64,000 nt of DNA from NCBI GenBank assembly GCA_029548485.1, contig JAKPNH010000008.1, forward strand, positions 1,563 to 65,562, given 5' to 3'. The notes beneath the pieces were generated by a model. The model saw only the letters and a program-made list of their open reading frames with translations, made no database searches and was not told the DNA's origin. This stretch comes from a bacterium. GTDB lineage: Bacteria; Patescibacteriota; Minisyncoccia; UBA6257; Colwellbacteraceae. Made by a program: the position numbers and the translations under genes. This document shows, in pieces, positions 54,509-64,000 of this stretch (its first letter is position 1; the number at the start of each line of letters is the position of its first letter).

Positions 54509-55717
54509 TTACAGCGTGGAGACAAACTGGAACATCGGCAGAAGGATCGAGGCGAAAAGCCCGGCCACGGCGCCGCCGATAACGATCATTAAAACCGGCT
54601 GGATCAGCTCCACCAGGTTGCCGACGGTTTCGTCGACCTCGCGGCTGTAAAATCCGGAAAGTTTCGATAAAAGCTCGTCCAAGCGGCCGGTGGTCTCTCC
54701 GACCGCGACCATTTGGCTCACTAGCGGAGGAAAAAGCTCCTGGTTTTTGGCGAGGGACTGCGACAGCAATTCTCCCCGCCTGATGTCTTCGGCCGAAGCT
54801 TTCAGGGCCTCGCCGTAAATCATGTTACCGATGGTTTCTCCGGTGATCTCCAGTGCTTGGGCGATCGGGATGCCGCCTTTGATGAGGATGCTTGCCGATT
54901 CGCCGAACTGGGCGATGGCGATATAGCGGAATAATTTGCCGAAAACCGGCATCCGGAAAACCAACTCGTCGTAAACGATCTTACCCTCGGCCGACCGGAA
55001 ATAATCCGCAAAAAAGAAAACCAGGGCGATGATGGCGAAAAAGACCAAAAACCACCATTGGGACAAAAATTGCCCGAAAACCACCAGGGCGTGGGTAAAA
55101 CCCGGCATCTGTATCCCCGAAGAGACGAACATGTCTTCGATCTGCGGCAAGACGCCGATAACAAGATAGGCGGCGACGCCGAGGAAGAGAAAAATCGTCA
55201 CCATCGGATAAGTCATCGAGTTTTTGATTTTACCGGACAAGGTCGCCTGGCGTTCGTAATAATCGGCCAAGTAATTGGCCGCTTCCTCGAGCCGGCCGGT
55301 GATTTCCGCCGACCTGATCATGTTCACGTAAAACGGCGAAAAGACGTTCTCGTATTTTTCCAAGGCCTGCGAAAGCGCCAAACCGGAATCGATGTCTTGG
55401 CGCACTTCTTCGATGGTTCTTTTTAAAAGGGTGTTTCTGGTTTGGTCGACCAGAGTTGTGAACGTTTTGTCGAGCGGCACTTGGGCCGAAAGCAAGGTGG
55501 CGAATTGCCTCGTAAAAACCATGAGATCGCGCAGACCCACCCGTTCGCCGAAAAACGGCAAACCGGCAAGGAAAGATTTCTTTTCTTCGCTTTCCAAGGT
55601 GAGAATGAAAAGCTCGTGCCCGGTCAAAATGCCGATGGCCGATTCCCTGGTCGGCGCTTCGACAAACCCGGCTTGAAGCTCTCCTTCTTTGGTTCTCGCT
55701 GAATACTTGAATCTCAT
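54509..55717 (-). CDS. pilC: Type IV pilus platform protein PilC (GspF family)
   Basis: FTRQ.ATL, E..G.L, YP and VGE.TG.LD...QP motifs. Confidence 0.93.
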   Translation of the reverse strand: MRFKYSARTKEGELQAGFVEAPTRESAIGILTGHELFILTLESEEKKSFLAGLPFFGERVGLRDLMVFTRQFATLLSAQVPLDKTFTTLVDQTRNTLLKRTIEEVRQDIDSGLALSQALEKYENVFSPFYVNMIRSAEITGRLEEAANYLADYYERQATLSGKIKNSMTYPMVTIFLFLGVAAYLVIGVLPQIEDMFVSSGIQMPGFTHALVVFGQFLSQWWFLVFFAIIALVFFFADYFRSAEGKIVYDELVFRMPVFGKLFRYIAIAQFGESASILIKGGIPIAQALEITGETIGNMIYGEALKASAEDIRRGELLSQSLAKNQELFPPLVSQMVAVGETTGRLDELLSKLSGFYSREVDETVGNLVELIQPVLMIVIGGAVAGLFASILLPMFQFVSTL

Positions 55718-55723
55718 CGGTTT

Positions 55724-56794
55724 TTACATCCGCTCGAGCAAAATCCTCAATTCCGAAGGATTCAAGGAATAAAGCTCGGCGTTCTCCAAAGAAATTTCCC
55801 TTTTTTTGACGAGGTCGGCCAAGGACCGGTTTAAAGTGGTCATTCCTTCCTGCAGGCTCGTCTCGATGACGAGATCGATCTGGTAGATCTTCTTTTCCCT
55901 GATCAAATTCCTGATGGCGGAATTAACGAACATGATTTCGCAGGCCGGGACGCGGCCGCCGTCAATGCGCGGCACGAGCCTCTGGGAAACGATGCCGACC
56001 AAAGTGGCGGCGAGCTGGGACGTTATCTGGCCTTGCTGGCTAGACGGGAAAGAATCGATGATGCGGTCGATGGTCTGGGCCGCGGAATTGGTGTGGAGGG
56101 TGGAAAAAACCAGGTGCCCGGTTTCCGCCGAAGTCATGGCCGTGGCGATGGATTCGGAATCCCTCATCTCGCCGATCATCACCACGTCCGGATCCTGGCG
56201 GAGCAAAGATTTAAGAGCCTGGTGGAAATTAAGGCTGTCGGTCTTCACTTCTCTTTGGGAAACGATGCACTTGTCTTGGACGAAGAGGTATTCGATCGGG
56301 TCCTCAATGGTGATGATGTGATCCATCCTCTTGTGGTTGATCTCGTCAACCAAAGCCGCCAAAGTGCTCGATTTTCCGTGCCCAGCCGGGCCGACGACCA
56401 AAACAAACCCCTGGGAAAGGCCGGTGAATTTGTGGAGGATCGACGGCAAGTGCAATTCTTCGAGGGTTTTGATCTGCGCCGGTATCAACCGGAGCGAAGC
56501 CGCCATGAATCCGCGCTGGAAAAAGACGTTGACGCGGAAACGGGCCTTGTCCTCGAAAGCATAGGAAAGGTCGAGGTCGCGGTAAGTAAGGAACTTTTCT
56601 TTCTGTTCGTCGGTAAGCAAGGCCCCGATCAGGCCAGCGGTCATTTCCGGAGTCAAAATCTGCTCTTTCGGCATGTCGATCAAACTGCCGTCGATGCGCA
56701 TCATCGGCCTTCGGCCGACTGCCAAATGCAGATCCGAGGCGTTGCTCCTCGCGGTCATCAGGAGCAGTTCGTTCATTTTTTGCCTGTAATCCAT
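55724..56794 (-). CDS. pilT: Type IV pilus retraction ATPase PilT
   Basis: ASDLHL, RFRVN, G.GKSST, TIEDPIE, ETGHLVFSTLHT and AIRNLIRE. Confidence 0.95.
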   Translation of the reverse strand: MDYRQKMNELLLMTARSNASDLHLAVGRRPMMRIDGSLIDMPKEQILTPEMTAGLIGALLTDEQKEKFLTYRDLDLSYAFEDKARFRVNVFFQRGFMAASLRLIPAQIKTLEELHLPSILHKFTGLSQGFVLVVGPAGHGKSSTLAALVDEINHKRMDHIITIEDPIEYLFVQDKCIVSQREVKTDSLNFHQALKSLLRQDPDVVMIGEMRDSESIATAMTSAETGHLVFSTLHTNSAAQTIDRIIDSFPSSQQGQITSQLAATLVGIVSQRLVPRIDGGRVPACEIMFVNSAIRNLIREKKIYQIDLVIETSLQEGMTTLNRSLADLVKKREISLENAELYSLNPSELRILLERM

Positions 56795-56843
56795 GTTGTT
56801 TGTTTTATTCTCCGGAATTCGTTGATTTTTATTATAACACGGC

Positions 56844-58577
56844 CTATTCCGTCTCCCTCAAAACTTCTTCGATTGATATAAATCCGTCCAATACTTTCAA
56901 TATACCGTCCTGCCTCAAAGTGATCATTCCCTGGCGCTCGCCTTCGTCGACGACATCGGCTTCGGTCGGGTTGCTGGCGATTATTTTTTCGAGCTCTCTC
57001 GTCATTTTCATGATTTCGAAAATGGCGATGCGGCCGGCGGTCCCTTTTCCCTTGCAGGCCGGACATCCCGGCGAGTGGAAAATCTGATAAGGCTCTTTAT
57101 AGATCAGTTTCGATCTTACGTCTTCCGGAAGCTTGGCGATCTCTTCCTTGATGATTTTCTGGATTTCCGGCGAAGCGGTTTCGGCTTCACGGCACTTTTC
57201 GCAAAGCCTTCCCAGAAGCCTTTGGGACATCATCAGGTTCACAGCCGACGGCAAAAGAAAAGGAGGAACTTTCATGTCGATCAATCTCGGAATGACTCCA
57301 GCGGCGTTATTCGTATGGAGCGTGGACAAAACAATGTGCCCGGTCAAGGCGGCGTTCACCGCCAAACCGGCGGTTTCGTTGTCGCGGATCTCGCCGACCA
57401 TGATGATATCCGGATCCTGCCTCAATATCTGGCGCAGCCCGGAAGCGAAATCGTATCCGATTTCCGGCTTCACCTGCGACTGGTTGACGCCCTCGACGAA
57501 ATATTCGACCGGGTCTTCCAAACTGACGATGTTCACGTCCTCCTGGTTTAAAATCTTCAAAAGCGCGTAAAGGGTGGTCGTTTTTCCGGATCCGGTCGGA
57601 CCGGTGACGAGCACCATTCCGAAAGGCTTCCTGATTCCCTCCTGGATGATGTCGGCGTTTTTGCCGACGATCCCCAAGCTATCGATACCCTTCAAACCGA
57701 TGCTCGGATCGAGAACGCGGAGCGCCACTTTTTCGCCCACCGGCGTCGGGAAAGTGGCGACGCGGAAATCAATGTCCCGCCCGAAGATCACCGTCCGGAA
57801 ACGGCCGTCTTGCGGGATCCTCGTTTCGTCTATCTTCAAATCGGAAAGGATCTTGATCCTCGAGACAAACGGCTGCTGGAGCTCTATGGGTAAAGAGGCC
57901 ACCTCTTCCAAATCGCCGTCCATCCTGAATCTCACCCTGACCCTGTTTCTCATGGGCTCGACGTGGATGTCCGAAGCCTTGCGTTCGACCGCCTCCCGGA
58001 AGGTCGAGGCGACCAATTTGATGATCGGCGCTTCCTCGGCCACTCCTCTCGCTTCCTCGAGTGCCACCGGCCGCTGCATGGAAGAAACCCCGTCGCCGGA
58101 TTTGATGCCCAAAGATTTTATCGCCGCCTCAACTTCGGACTTGTAGGGATTGTATCTGCGGAGCACGAGCTCCAGATCCGCCGGAGTGATGATGAAAACC
58201 CCCAAGTTCAGTCGATTGGCTTTGGCGATGAACCTCAAAGCGTCCTGCGCCCGACTGTTCTGGGGGTCGACCATGCCGACGATAAGCATGTCTTTGGTCC
58301 GCGAAATCGGAGCCACCTTGTAAGTTTGGACCGTTTCCTTCGGCACCAAAGCCAAAAGATCGTCGGTCAAAGACTCCACGTTTATTTTTTGGTAAGGAAT
58401 GCCGATGATCTCGCTTTTGATTTCGGCGATCTTTTCTTCGGGCACGGTCCGCCGCAAATAAAGCAGGTCTTCAACCGGCCTCTGGGAAACCGCCGATTCT
58501 TTCAAAATCTGCTCGCCGGCTTCTTTGGTGAGCAGATTCTTTTTGACGAGGGCCTGCGTTAAAACCTGGGAATCCAT
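56844..58577 (-). CDS. pilB: Type IV pilus assembly ATPase PilB (GspE/PulE)
   Basis: ASDIH.EP, PQDGR, GPTGSGKTTT, LRQDPD, TGH.VLSTLHTN and tetra-Cys motif. Confidence 0.95.
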   Translation of the reverse strand: MDSQVLTQALVKKNLLTKEAGEQILKESAVSQRPVEDLLYLRRTVPEEKIAEIKSEIIGIPYQKINVESLTDDLLALVPKETVQTYKVAPISRTKDMLIVGMVDPQNSRAQDALRFIAKANRLNLGVFIITPADLELVLRRYNPYKSEVEAAIKSLGIKSGDGVSSMQRPVALEEARGVAEEAPIIKLVASTFREAVERKASDIHVEPMRNRVRVRFRMDGDLEEVASLPIELQQPFVSRIKILSDLKIDETRIPQDGRFRTVIFGRDIDFRVATFPTPVGEKVALRVLDPSIGLKGIDSLGIVGKNADIIQEGIRKPFGMVLVTGPTGSGKTTTLYALLKILNQEDVNIVSLEDPVEYFVEGVNQSQVKPEIGYDFASGLRQILRQDPDIIMVGEIRDNETAGLAVNAALTGHIVLSTLHTNNAAGVIPRLIDMKVPPFLLPSAVNLMMSQRLLGRLCEKCREAETASPEIQKIIKEEIAKLPEDVRSKLIYKEPYQIFHSPGCPACKGKGTAGRIAIFEIMKMTRELEKIIASNPTEADVVDEGERQGMITLRQDGILKVLDGFISIEEVLRETE

Positions 58578-58578
58578 T

Positions 58579-58881
58579 TTACAAAGCGGCGAAAGGATTT
58601 TCCTTTCCGAGGCTGTTCGGTCCGATGACCGGAAGATCGACCGACCTTCGCGGCGTTTCCGAAGAGAAGAATTCGTCTTGAAGAATTTCCTCCGGATTGA
58701 ATTTCAAACCGCTCAAATCGGCCACGGACTGGAGATTGGCCGGCAGGATCGCCTCGATGAGCGGCGCCGGGGTGAAAAAGAGATAATAGGCGCCGATGGC
58801 GAGAATGGCCAGAGCCGACGCCGCGGAAATTAGAATGAACGTTCTCGACCCTCTTTGATTCGGTTGGATGATGACTGCCAT
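58579..58881 (-). CDS. Pilus-associated membrane protein (PilP position)
   Basis: One TM helix and C-terminal G..NPF motif; lies between pilO and pilB. Confidence 0.6.
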   Translation of the reverse strand: MAVIIQPNQRGSRTFILISAASALAILAIGAYYLFFTPAPLIEAILPANLQSVADLSGLKFNPEEILQDEFFSSETPRRSVDLPVIGPNSLGKENPFAAL

Positions 58882-58882
58882 T

Positions 58883-59443
58883 TTATTCGTAATATGTGTT
58901 GATTATTAATTGAAGGGAATAAATATTGGCTCTGCCGGAGGCGCTGACATTCATCGAGGAAACGTCCATCAGCCTCATATTGTTCTCGATATCGCGGATA
59001 AAAGCTTTGAGGTTTTCGTAAGAGCCCTCGGCTCTGACCGTAGCCCGCAAAACCCCGTAAGCGGAAACGAGAGAGTTCCCGTTAGACTGCATCGGCGGAT
59101 GCTGGAAACTGACGCTCGCCACCGTCACCTGGTTCGCGGCCGAAAGTCCGTGGATCTGCGCCAAAACTTCGGGGATTTCTTCGTCTGGAGGCAAAGAACG
59201 GTCGAGATCGTCTTTGTACTGGAAGCTGTCCTCGTATTGCCTCGCCAAATTGGCGAAAGCCTCCACCTGGGCCGCGGCCCGGCTCAAAACAACGGCCGCG
59301 GCGTCCCTATCCGCCCTGAGCTGTTTGACGCCGTTCTCTCCCTCGAATTCCGGCCTGATGAAATTGGTGAACACGAAAACGGCCGCCACCAAAAGGGCGA
59401 TGCCTCCCAGAATGCTCAAGAATCTTTTAAAGGAAGAAGCCAT
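58883..59443 (-). CDS. pilO: Type IV pilus assembly protein PilO
   Basis: TM, coiled coil, LP and GSY.....FI..IE...RL motifs. Confidence 0.85.
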   Translation of the reverse strand: MASSFKRFLSILGGIALLVAAVFVFTNFIRPEFEGENGVKQLRADRDAAAVVLSRAAAQVEAFANLARQYEDSFQYKDDLDRSLPPDEEIPEVLAQIHGLSAANQVTVASVSFQHPPMQSNGNSLVSAYGVLRATVRAEGSYENLKAFIRDIENNMRLMDVSSMNVSASGRANIYSLQLIINTYYE

Positions 59444-59972
59444 TGTTAAAAATTATTTGCATTTGGAAAGAGACCCCGGTCTGTCCGAGAGTCGCCCCGC
59501 CTATGGAAACGCTTTCCACCTCCTGAAGATTCCGGAAAACGTCGAGCTGGCTCGCCAAGGCTTCGTAGTTTACGGCCGTTCCGCTCAAATTCGCCGTCAA
59601 GCTCGGAATGTCGAGGTCCATCGAGCTGTAGGCGACGTCTTGACGGGTATTCGTCTCGAGAAACGGAAATACGTTCGAAGAAAAAACATGCCTCGAAAGC
59701 AGCGTCTTCAAGTTTTCTATCTGGGAATAGAAATCTATGAAGGCCTGTCTGTCTTGCGGGGAAACCTGCTCGTCGAGAGCGTCGATCTGCGCTTTTATAT
59801 CCTCGGTGTTGCTTAAAAGAAAAGGCTTGTACCCGTAAGCCAATCCGAAATAGCTTACTCCGAGCAGAATGAGGATGAATAAGGAAAATATCAAAAGTCT
59901 TGTCGGCCAACCGGCGGGTTCTCGGCCGACGTTGAATCTCTGATCGATGTTTGTTGAATATTGCGGTGGCAT
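59427..59972 (-). CDS. pilN: PilN-like protein
   Basis: TM, coiled coil and L.G.A..Y strand-helix pattern; lies between pilM and pilO. Confidence 0.7.
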   Translation of the reverse strand: MPPQYSTNIDQRFNVGREPAGWPTRLLIFSLFILILLGVSYFGLAYGYKPFLLSNTEDIKAQIDALDEQVSPQDRQAFIDFYSQIENLKTLLSRHVFSSNVFPFLETNTRQDVAYSSMDLDIPSLTANLSGTAVNYEALASQLDVFRNLQEVESVSIGGATLGQTGVSFQMQIIFNNGFFL

Positions 59973-59975
59973 TTT

Positions 59976-61064
59976 TTAAAATTGCCTTAGTCCGAGGCCG
60001 ATCGCGACCGCGAGCGTCCCTCCCAATTCGTTCACCACTGGCTGGAGCGCCGGCGGATAGCTCAAAGCGGAAAAAGGACTGGGCCGTTCGACTTTCATTT
60101 GCAGGAAATCCGCGGCGTATTTATCCAAGCCGGCAAGCTCGCCGCCTCCGCCGGAAAGGATCAACTTTCCGATTTGGCCGCGATAGTTCTTCTCGAAATT
60201 GTCTTTCACTCGTCTTACTTCATTAAGTATAACATCGACGTAAGGCAGCATTAAAGTGGACAACTCGTATTCTCCGCCCATCCCGAGCAAACCCCGGCGT
60301 TTTTTCAATTCTTCGGCTCTTCTCACGTTGATGTTCAAGCCGTTCGAGACCGCCTGGCTCATGGATCCGCCGGCATAATCGAGATAAGCGCTCGACAATA
60401 AATATCCGTTTCTCGCGACGTAAAGTCCGGTCGATCTTCCGCCGATGTCGAGGATCAAAGAGAGCTCTTCGTCTCCTTTCGTAAAAACCCGGGCGAGGCT
60501 CATCCCTTCGATTTCGATCACCCTCAAGTTCAGACCGGCGGCCTGGAAAATGCTTTTGTATTTCTCGACGATATTGTTCGGCATGGCCGAAAGAAAAACC
60601 TGCTGCTTTCTCTGCCCTTTTTCGTCTTCGAATTCGCCGACCACCGACCATTCGGTGGCAACCGAAGCGATTGCCGCCGGCACCAAGGCCCGCGCCTGGT
60701 AGGACATGATCTGGTCCATCTCGTTTTTCGGCATCAGCGGCAGCTCGAGCAAGGTGGTGAAAGCGGAAAAAGGTGGCAGAGAAGCGAAAACCGCGGCCGC
60801 TCCGGGCTTCACTTGCCTGACGAGTGTTTGGAGCATGTTGGCCGCCTCCTTGTCGTCCATTTTGAGACTGCTCGTCTGGATGGCGCTGTTTTGCCGGGAA
60901 AGATGGCTGTAGGTTTCGAGCAGCCCGTAATTTTTGAAATTCGGCCGGTCGGCGACGATGGCGAGTTCGACCAGCTTGATTGAAGTCGTTCCGATGTCGA
61001 CCCCGATGGCCGACTGAAAAGAAAGCAGGGGTTTTAAGGGCTTCAAAAAATCGAGTATCGCCAT
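59976..61064 (-). CDS. pilM: Type IV pilus assembly protein PilM
   Basis: GVDIGTTSIK.VEL, LDIG, LSGGG and AVAIGL.LR motifs. Confidence 0.93.
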   Translation of the reverse strand: MAILDFLKPLKPLLSFQSAIGVDIGTTSIKLVELAIVADRPNFKNYGLLETYSHLSRQNSAIQTSSLKMDDKEAANMLQTLVRQVKPGAAAVFASLPPFSAFTTLLELPLMPKNEMDQIMSYQARALVPAAIASVATEWSVVGEFEDEKGQRKQQVFLSAMPNNIVEKYKSIFQAAGLNLRVIEIEGMSLARVFTKGDEELSLILDIGGRSTGLYVARNGYLLSSAYLDYAGGSMSQAVSNGLNINVRRAEELKKRRGLLGMGGEYELSTLMLPYVDVILNEVRRVKDNFEKNYRGQIGKLILSGGGGELAGLDKYAADFLQMKVERPSPFSALSYPPALQPVVNELGGTLAVAIGLGLRQF

Positions 61065-61091
61065 GAATTGCTATTATTAATGATAGCACGA

Positions 61092-61778
61092 ATGCCGAAT
61101 CCCACGAATATCAAAGAACGGCTTCTGGATCTCGTTTTTCCGAAGCTTTGCCTGAATTGTCATCGTCTTCTCGAAGAACCGATCGATAAAGAAAACCTCT
61201 TGTGCGGCCGCTGTTTCGGTTCGATCGTCGTCAACCGCCTGATATTCCCGGAACCGGGATTTTTTCTCGGCAGCGCCACTCTTTACAAAATAGAGGCCGC
61301 GAGAAATCTGATTCATTTCCTTAAATACGAAGATTTTCCCGGAGTGAAGCATCCGATCGCTAAAATAATCAAAGCCTATCTCCGAAAATCCGCTTTTATC
61401 GATCTTTTCCGCAACGCCAAGCCGGAAATCGTTCCCGTTCCCCTTTATTTCCTGAAATCCATAAACCGCGGATTCAATCAGGCCGAAGACATCGCCGAGG
61501 TTTTGGCCGGCGAAACCGGCTGGCCGACCCGAAACCGCTTGCTTCGAAGAATCAGAAACACGCGATCCCAAGCCAAGCTCGAACAAAAATCAGAAAGACT
61601 GGAAAATATGGCCGGCGCCTTTATTTTAAAAAGCGGTTTAGAAGAATACGTCGTCGGAAAAAGCTTTATCGTTGTCGACGACGTTTACACTTCGGGCGCA
61701 ACCATGTCCGAAGCGATCAAGGTATTGAAATCCGGCGGCGCCAAAAGCGTCGCCGGATTCGTATTCGCGAAAGGATAA
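61092..61778 (+). CDS. comF: ComF family competence protein (zinc ribbon + PRTase fold)
   Basis: C..C...C..C, LKY, PVP, RGFNQ and VDDV.TSGAT motifs. Confidence 0.92.
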   Translation: MPNPTNIKERLLDLVFPKLCLNCHRLLEEPIDKENLLCGRCFGSIVVNRLIFPEPGFFLGSATLYKIEAARNLIHFLKYEDFPGVKHPIAKIIKAYLRKSAFIDLFRNAKPEIVPVPLYFLKSINRGFNQAEDIAEVLAGETGWPTRNRLLRRIRNTRSQAKLEQKSERLENMAGAFILKSGLEEYVVGKSFIVVDDVYTSGATMSEAIKVLKSGGAKSVAGFVFAKG

Positions 61779-61780
61779 AA

Positions 61781-63214
61781 TCAGCAAGGACCATCTACGC
61801 AACTCCAGGATCCACTCCAACCGCCATGAGACGAGCATCTGCTAAGGCAAGTTTCGGGGCCTCCCACATATTGGCATTTTACTCCGGCGCCCAAACTTCC
61901 TGACGGCGTATAACCATCGTTGCAGGTGCAACTCCAACTTCCCGGGCTGCACGATTCGCATATAAAGATCCAGTTGCAAAACTTTCCGGATGAACAATCG
62001 GAATCACTGCAACATTGGCAACAGGAAGTGCTGCAGCCTAAAGAAGTCTCCGAACCGGTTCCAGAACAACTGCCGCCGCTACAGACTTGGGTAACTTGTA
62101 TTCTGTTACAGAAAGAGCAGGTATAGCCTGTGCCGCAATAATTTCCATCTGTGTCTCTCGAACAACCGCAAGATCCGGATCCCCCGGAGAAAGTTCCATC
62201 GGCATTGCAGGTGCTTGTCGTTGTCGTGCCGCTGGCCGATTCATCACAACTAGACGAATAATTACAAGAGCAGCCTCCCGTGGTGACTGTTCCCGGATAA
62301 ACGCTCGCACTATTATCGTTACAATCGATGCCGCCGGAATTCAAAGTGTTTCTGCGTTTTCCATTTGTTGGAGCCGCATCTTGAAGATATTGAGTGGCGT
62401 TCGCCGGATAGGTGTCGTTATCAAAATCAACCATCCAAATATTGGTTTTTCTAAGCGCTCCGTCCTCTCCCAAAGCGATCGCTCCGTTTACGGTAATGGT
62501 TTTCCCGGAATTGAAGGCGAAGGGAGCGTTAAGCGTCAGGGTAACTCCTCCGTTGATCGTTAAATTGCCGTTATCCACTCCGTCGGCCGTGGAAATAGAA
62601 CAGTTGCTGCTCAAAGTGGCGTTTCCGCCCATGGGAATGCCGCAGGCGTCGCTCCAAGCCAAAGTGATCGAGTTTTCCCGTCCGGCCGCGTCTTTGGCCA
62701 AGAAAACCGTGTGATAGACGGAATCATGGGTGTCTTTGACGATCCATTCTCCTTCGTATAAAGACGCTCCACGCTGTTTCGGCGTTGATTGGAATCGCCT
62801 TAAAAACTCTTTGAATATATTTTCCTCTCCTGTTTCTTTGATGGAGGATGCTGCTGATTCTGTTTGTCTTACGAATTCCAAGGGCAGAATCACGACGTCG
62901 TTATCGGTCTCGATATGCGCTTCGACCGAAACGATTTCCGCATCGTCGTCGACAACTACCGACAATTTCTGCGTGTTTCCGACATGGACATCGACCGGAT
63001 CGATGATCGCCTCGACAAACTTCGGCCAAGTTTCTTCGGCCTGACTGATGTGGTACACCTGCCTGCCCTCCGGAAGAACAAGCTTTTTCCCGACGGCGCT
63101 CGGCGATTCCGGGTTTCTATTCATAACGGCGTCGATGGCAAAAAGGGCGAGAACGATCAAAATAACGACAGCGGCGATTTTTCCGGCGTCGATTTTCTTG
63201 AAATCAAATTTCAT
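61781..63214 (-). CDS. Membrane-anchored Cys/Gly/Ser-rich surface protein with a MopE-like metal-binding motif
   Basis: N-terminal TM, beta-rich domain, DFDNDTY...DCNDNSASVYPG, then a very Cys-rich C-terminus. Confidence 0.7.
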   Translation of the reverse strand: MKFDFKKIDAGKIAAVVILIVLALFAIDAVMNRNPESPSAVGKKLVLPEGRQVYHISQAEETWPKFVEAIIDPVDVHVGNTQKLSVVVDDDAEIVSVEAHIETDNDVVILPLEFVRQTESAASSIKETGEENIFKEFLRRFQSTPKQRGASLYEGEWIVKDTHDSVYHTVFLAKDAAGRENSITLAWSDACGIPMGGNATLSSNCSISTADGVDNGNLTINGGVTLTLNAPFAFNSGKTITVNGAIALGEDGALRKTNIWMVDFDNDTYPANATQYLQDAAPTNGKRRNTLNSGGIDCNDNSASVYPGTVTTGGCSCNYSSSCDESASGTTTTSTCNADGTFSGGSGSCGCSRDTDGNYCGTGYTCSFCNRIQVTQVCSGGSCSGTGSETSLGCSTSCCQCCSDSDCSSGKFCNWIFICESCSPGSWSCTCNDGYTPSGSLGAGVKCQYVGGPETCLSRCSSHGGWSGSWSCVDGPC

Positions 63215-63223
63215 GTTTTTGTT

Positions 63224-64000
63224 TTATTTGACCTTTAGGCCTGTTCCCGGTTCCGCGTCTTTGGGAACGTTCGGCCATTCCAGATAGTCAAACCTCGGCG
63301 CGGTCAGCCGGTAAGAGACTTCGAAATCCCCGCTTGTTTTATCTGAGCTTCCCGCAATCAAAATGCGGTTATTCGCGACGTCTTTTTCGTAATAAACTTC
63401 GCCTTTGAATCCGGGCGTGAGGAGAATACTCAAATTTTTCCATTGTTCTCCGAAATTGGTCGTGCTGCGGAAAAGCCAGAAATCAGATCCCTTGTCCGCG
63501 AAGGCGAAATTGATTTCTCCCGAAAATTCACCGTTGCCGATGTCGGTCAGTTTCAAAACGCCGGTCGTTTCTTCTTTCACTCCGGTCATGCCCGGAGTAT
63601 AAGTCGAATACTGCTCGCCGTTAATGTTGAAGAGCGGGTCCACCGTACCCACGGTCAGTTTTCCGGACCCGCCACCGACAACCACCGTGTCTCCGGCCGC
63701 GGTGCCGAAACGCGCCGTAGTCGCGCCTCCGCTTACGACATCGAGTTTATATCCCGGAGCGGTTGTTCCGATACCGACTTTGCTAGCGTCGTCGATGCTG
63801 ATCGCCGCCGCCGAAAGAGAACCATCCGTTTGGATAACGCCGATGTCTCCGAATGAATTATCTCCGGTCCGGCGGCCTCCTTTGATATAAATACCCCTAT
63901 CGTTTGAATGGTTGATCCTCACTATTGCCGCCGAATTATCGGTGTCATTCCCTCCCTCGAAACGGGCCACTTCGACTTCTCCGGCGATCGTGGCGGCAAG
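63224..64000 (-). CDS. C-terminal part of a large beta-repeat (VGIGTT.P) fibre/adhesin-like protein; truncated by the window
   Basis: Frame is open to the window end; contains VGIGTTAPGYKLDV and a GTVDPLF.I.G..Y.TY...MTGVKEETTG C-terminal domain. Confidence 0.65.
   Translation of the reverse strand, partial: LAATIAGEVEVARFEGGNDTDNSAAIVRINHSNDRGIYIKGGRRTGDNSFGDIGVIQTDGSLSAAAISIDDASKVGIGTTAPGYKLDVVSGGATTARFGTAAGDTVVVGGGSGKLTVGTVDPLFNINGEQYSTYTPGMTGVKEETTGVLKLTDIGNGEFSGEINFAFADKGSDFWLFRSTTNFGEQWKNLSILLTPGFKGEVYYEKDVANNRILIAGSSDKTSGDFEVSYRLTAPRFDYLEWPNVPKDAEPGTGLKVK

Noticed and set aside
49680-64000. Diversity-generating retroelement or shufflon acting on pilins or adhesins
   Set aside because: No reverse transcriptase, template/variable repeat pair, recombinase or repeated inversion sites were detected by eye.
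1-64000. CRISPR array, rRNA, IS elements, introns or alternative genetic code 25
   Set aside because: No regularly spaced repeats, rRNA-like sequence or transposase motifs were seen; conserved genes such as prs, smc, ychF and gdh end at TGA at the expected positions.

Overview
A 64-kb chromosomal segment from a reduced-genome bacterium, most likely Patescibacteria/CPR of the Parcubacteria type. This assignment is an inference from many domain-trimmed housekeeping proteins, a type IV pilus locus with no secretin, an FtsA-like plus baseplate-J-like gene pair, and TGA used as stop (code 11). Almost all core genes lie on the minus strand: ribosomal proteins, rpoA, rpoD, dnaG, uvrABC, smc, ychF, serS, lysS, alaS, greA, groES-groEL, ddl, gdh, rmuC, lemA-htpX and the pilus locus. 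There are five tRNA genes and an L10 leader. Best candidates for new biology: (1) an AT-rich five-gene island (about 20.7-23.8 kb) encoding an NDP kinase, a DHFR/RibD-C reductase, a divergent Maf pyrophosphatase, a degenerate Gpt-like phosphoribosyltransferase and a GTP cyclohydrolase I variant, which may make, salvage or clear a non-canonical nucleotide or pterin; (2) a structured ~190-nt non-coding element with its own promoter upstream of a second, tip-altered Gre-like factor; (3) an SMC with no recognisable hinge; (4) the FtsA-like/baseplate-J-like pair; (5) a G-CC-x3-C-x3-C motif shared by two adjacent pilus-locus proteins; (6) near-leaderless starts on core genes versus Shine-Dalgarno starts on accessory genes. 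No CRISPR array, integrase, transposase, rRNA or reverse transcriptase was seen. All calls are from reading motifs by eye; no database searches were run.
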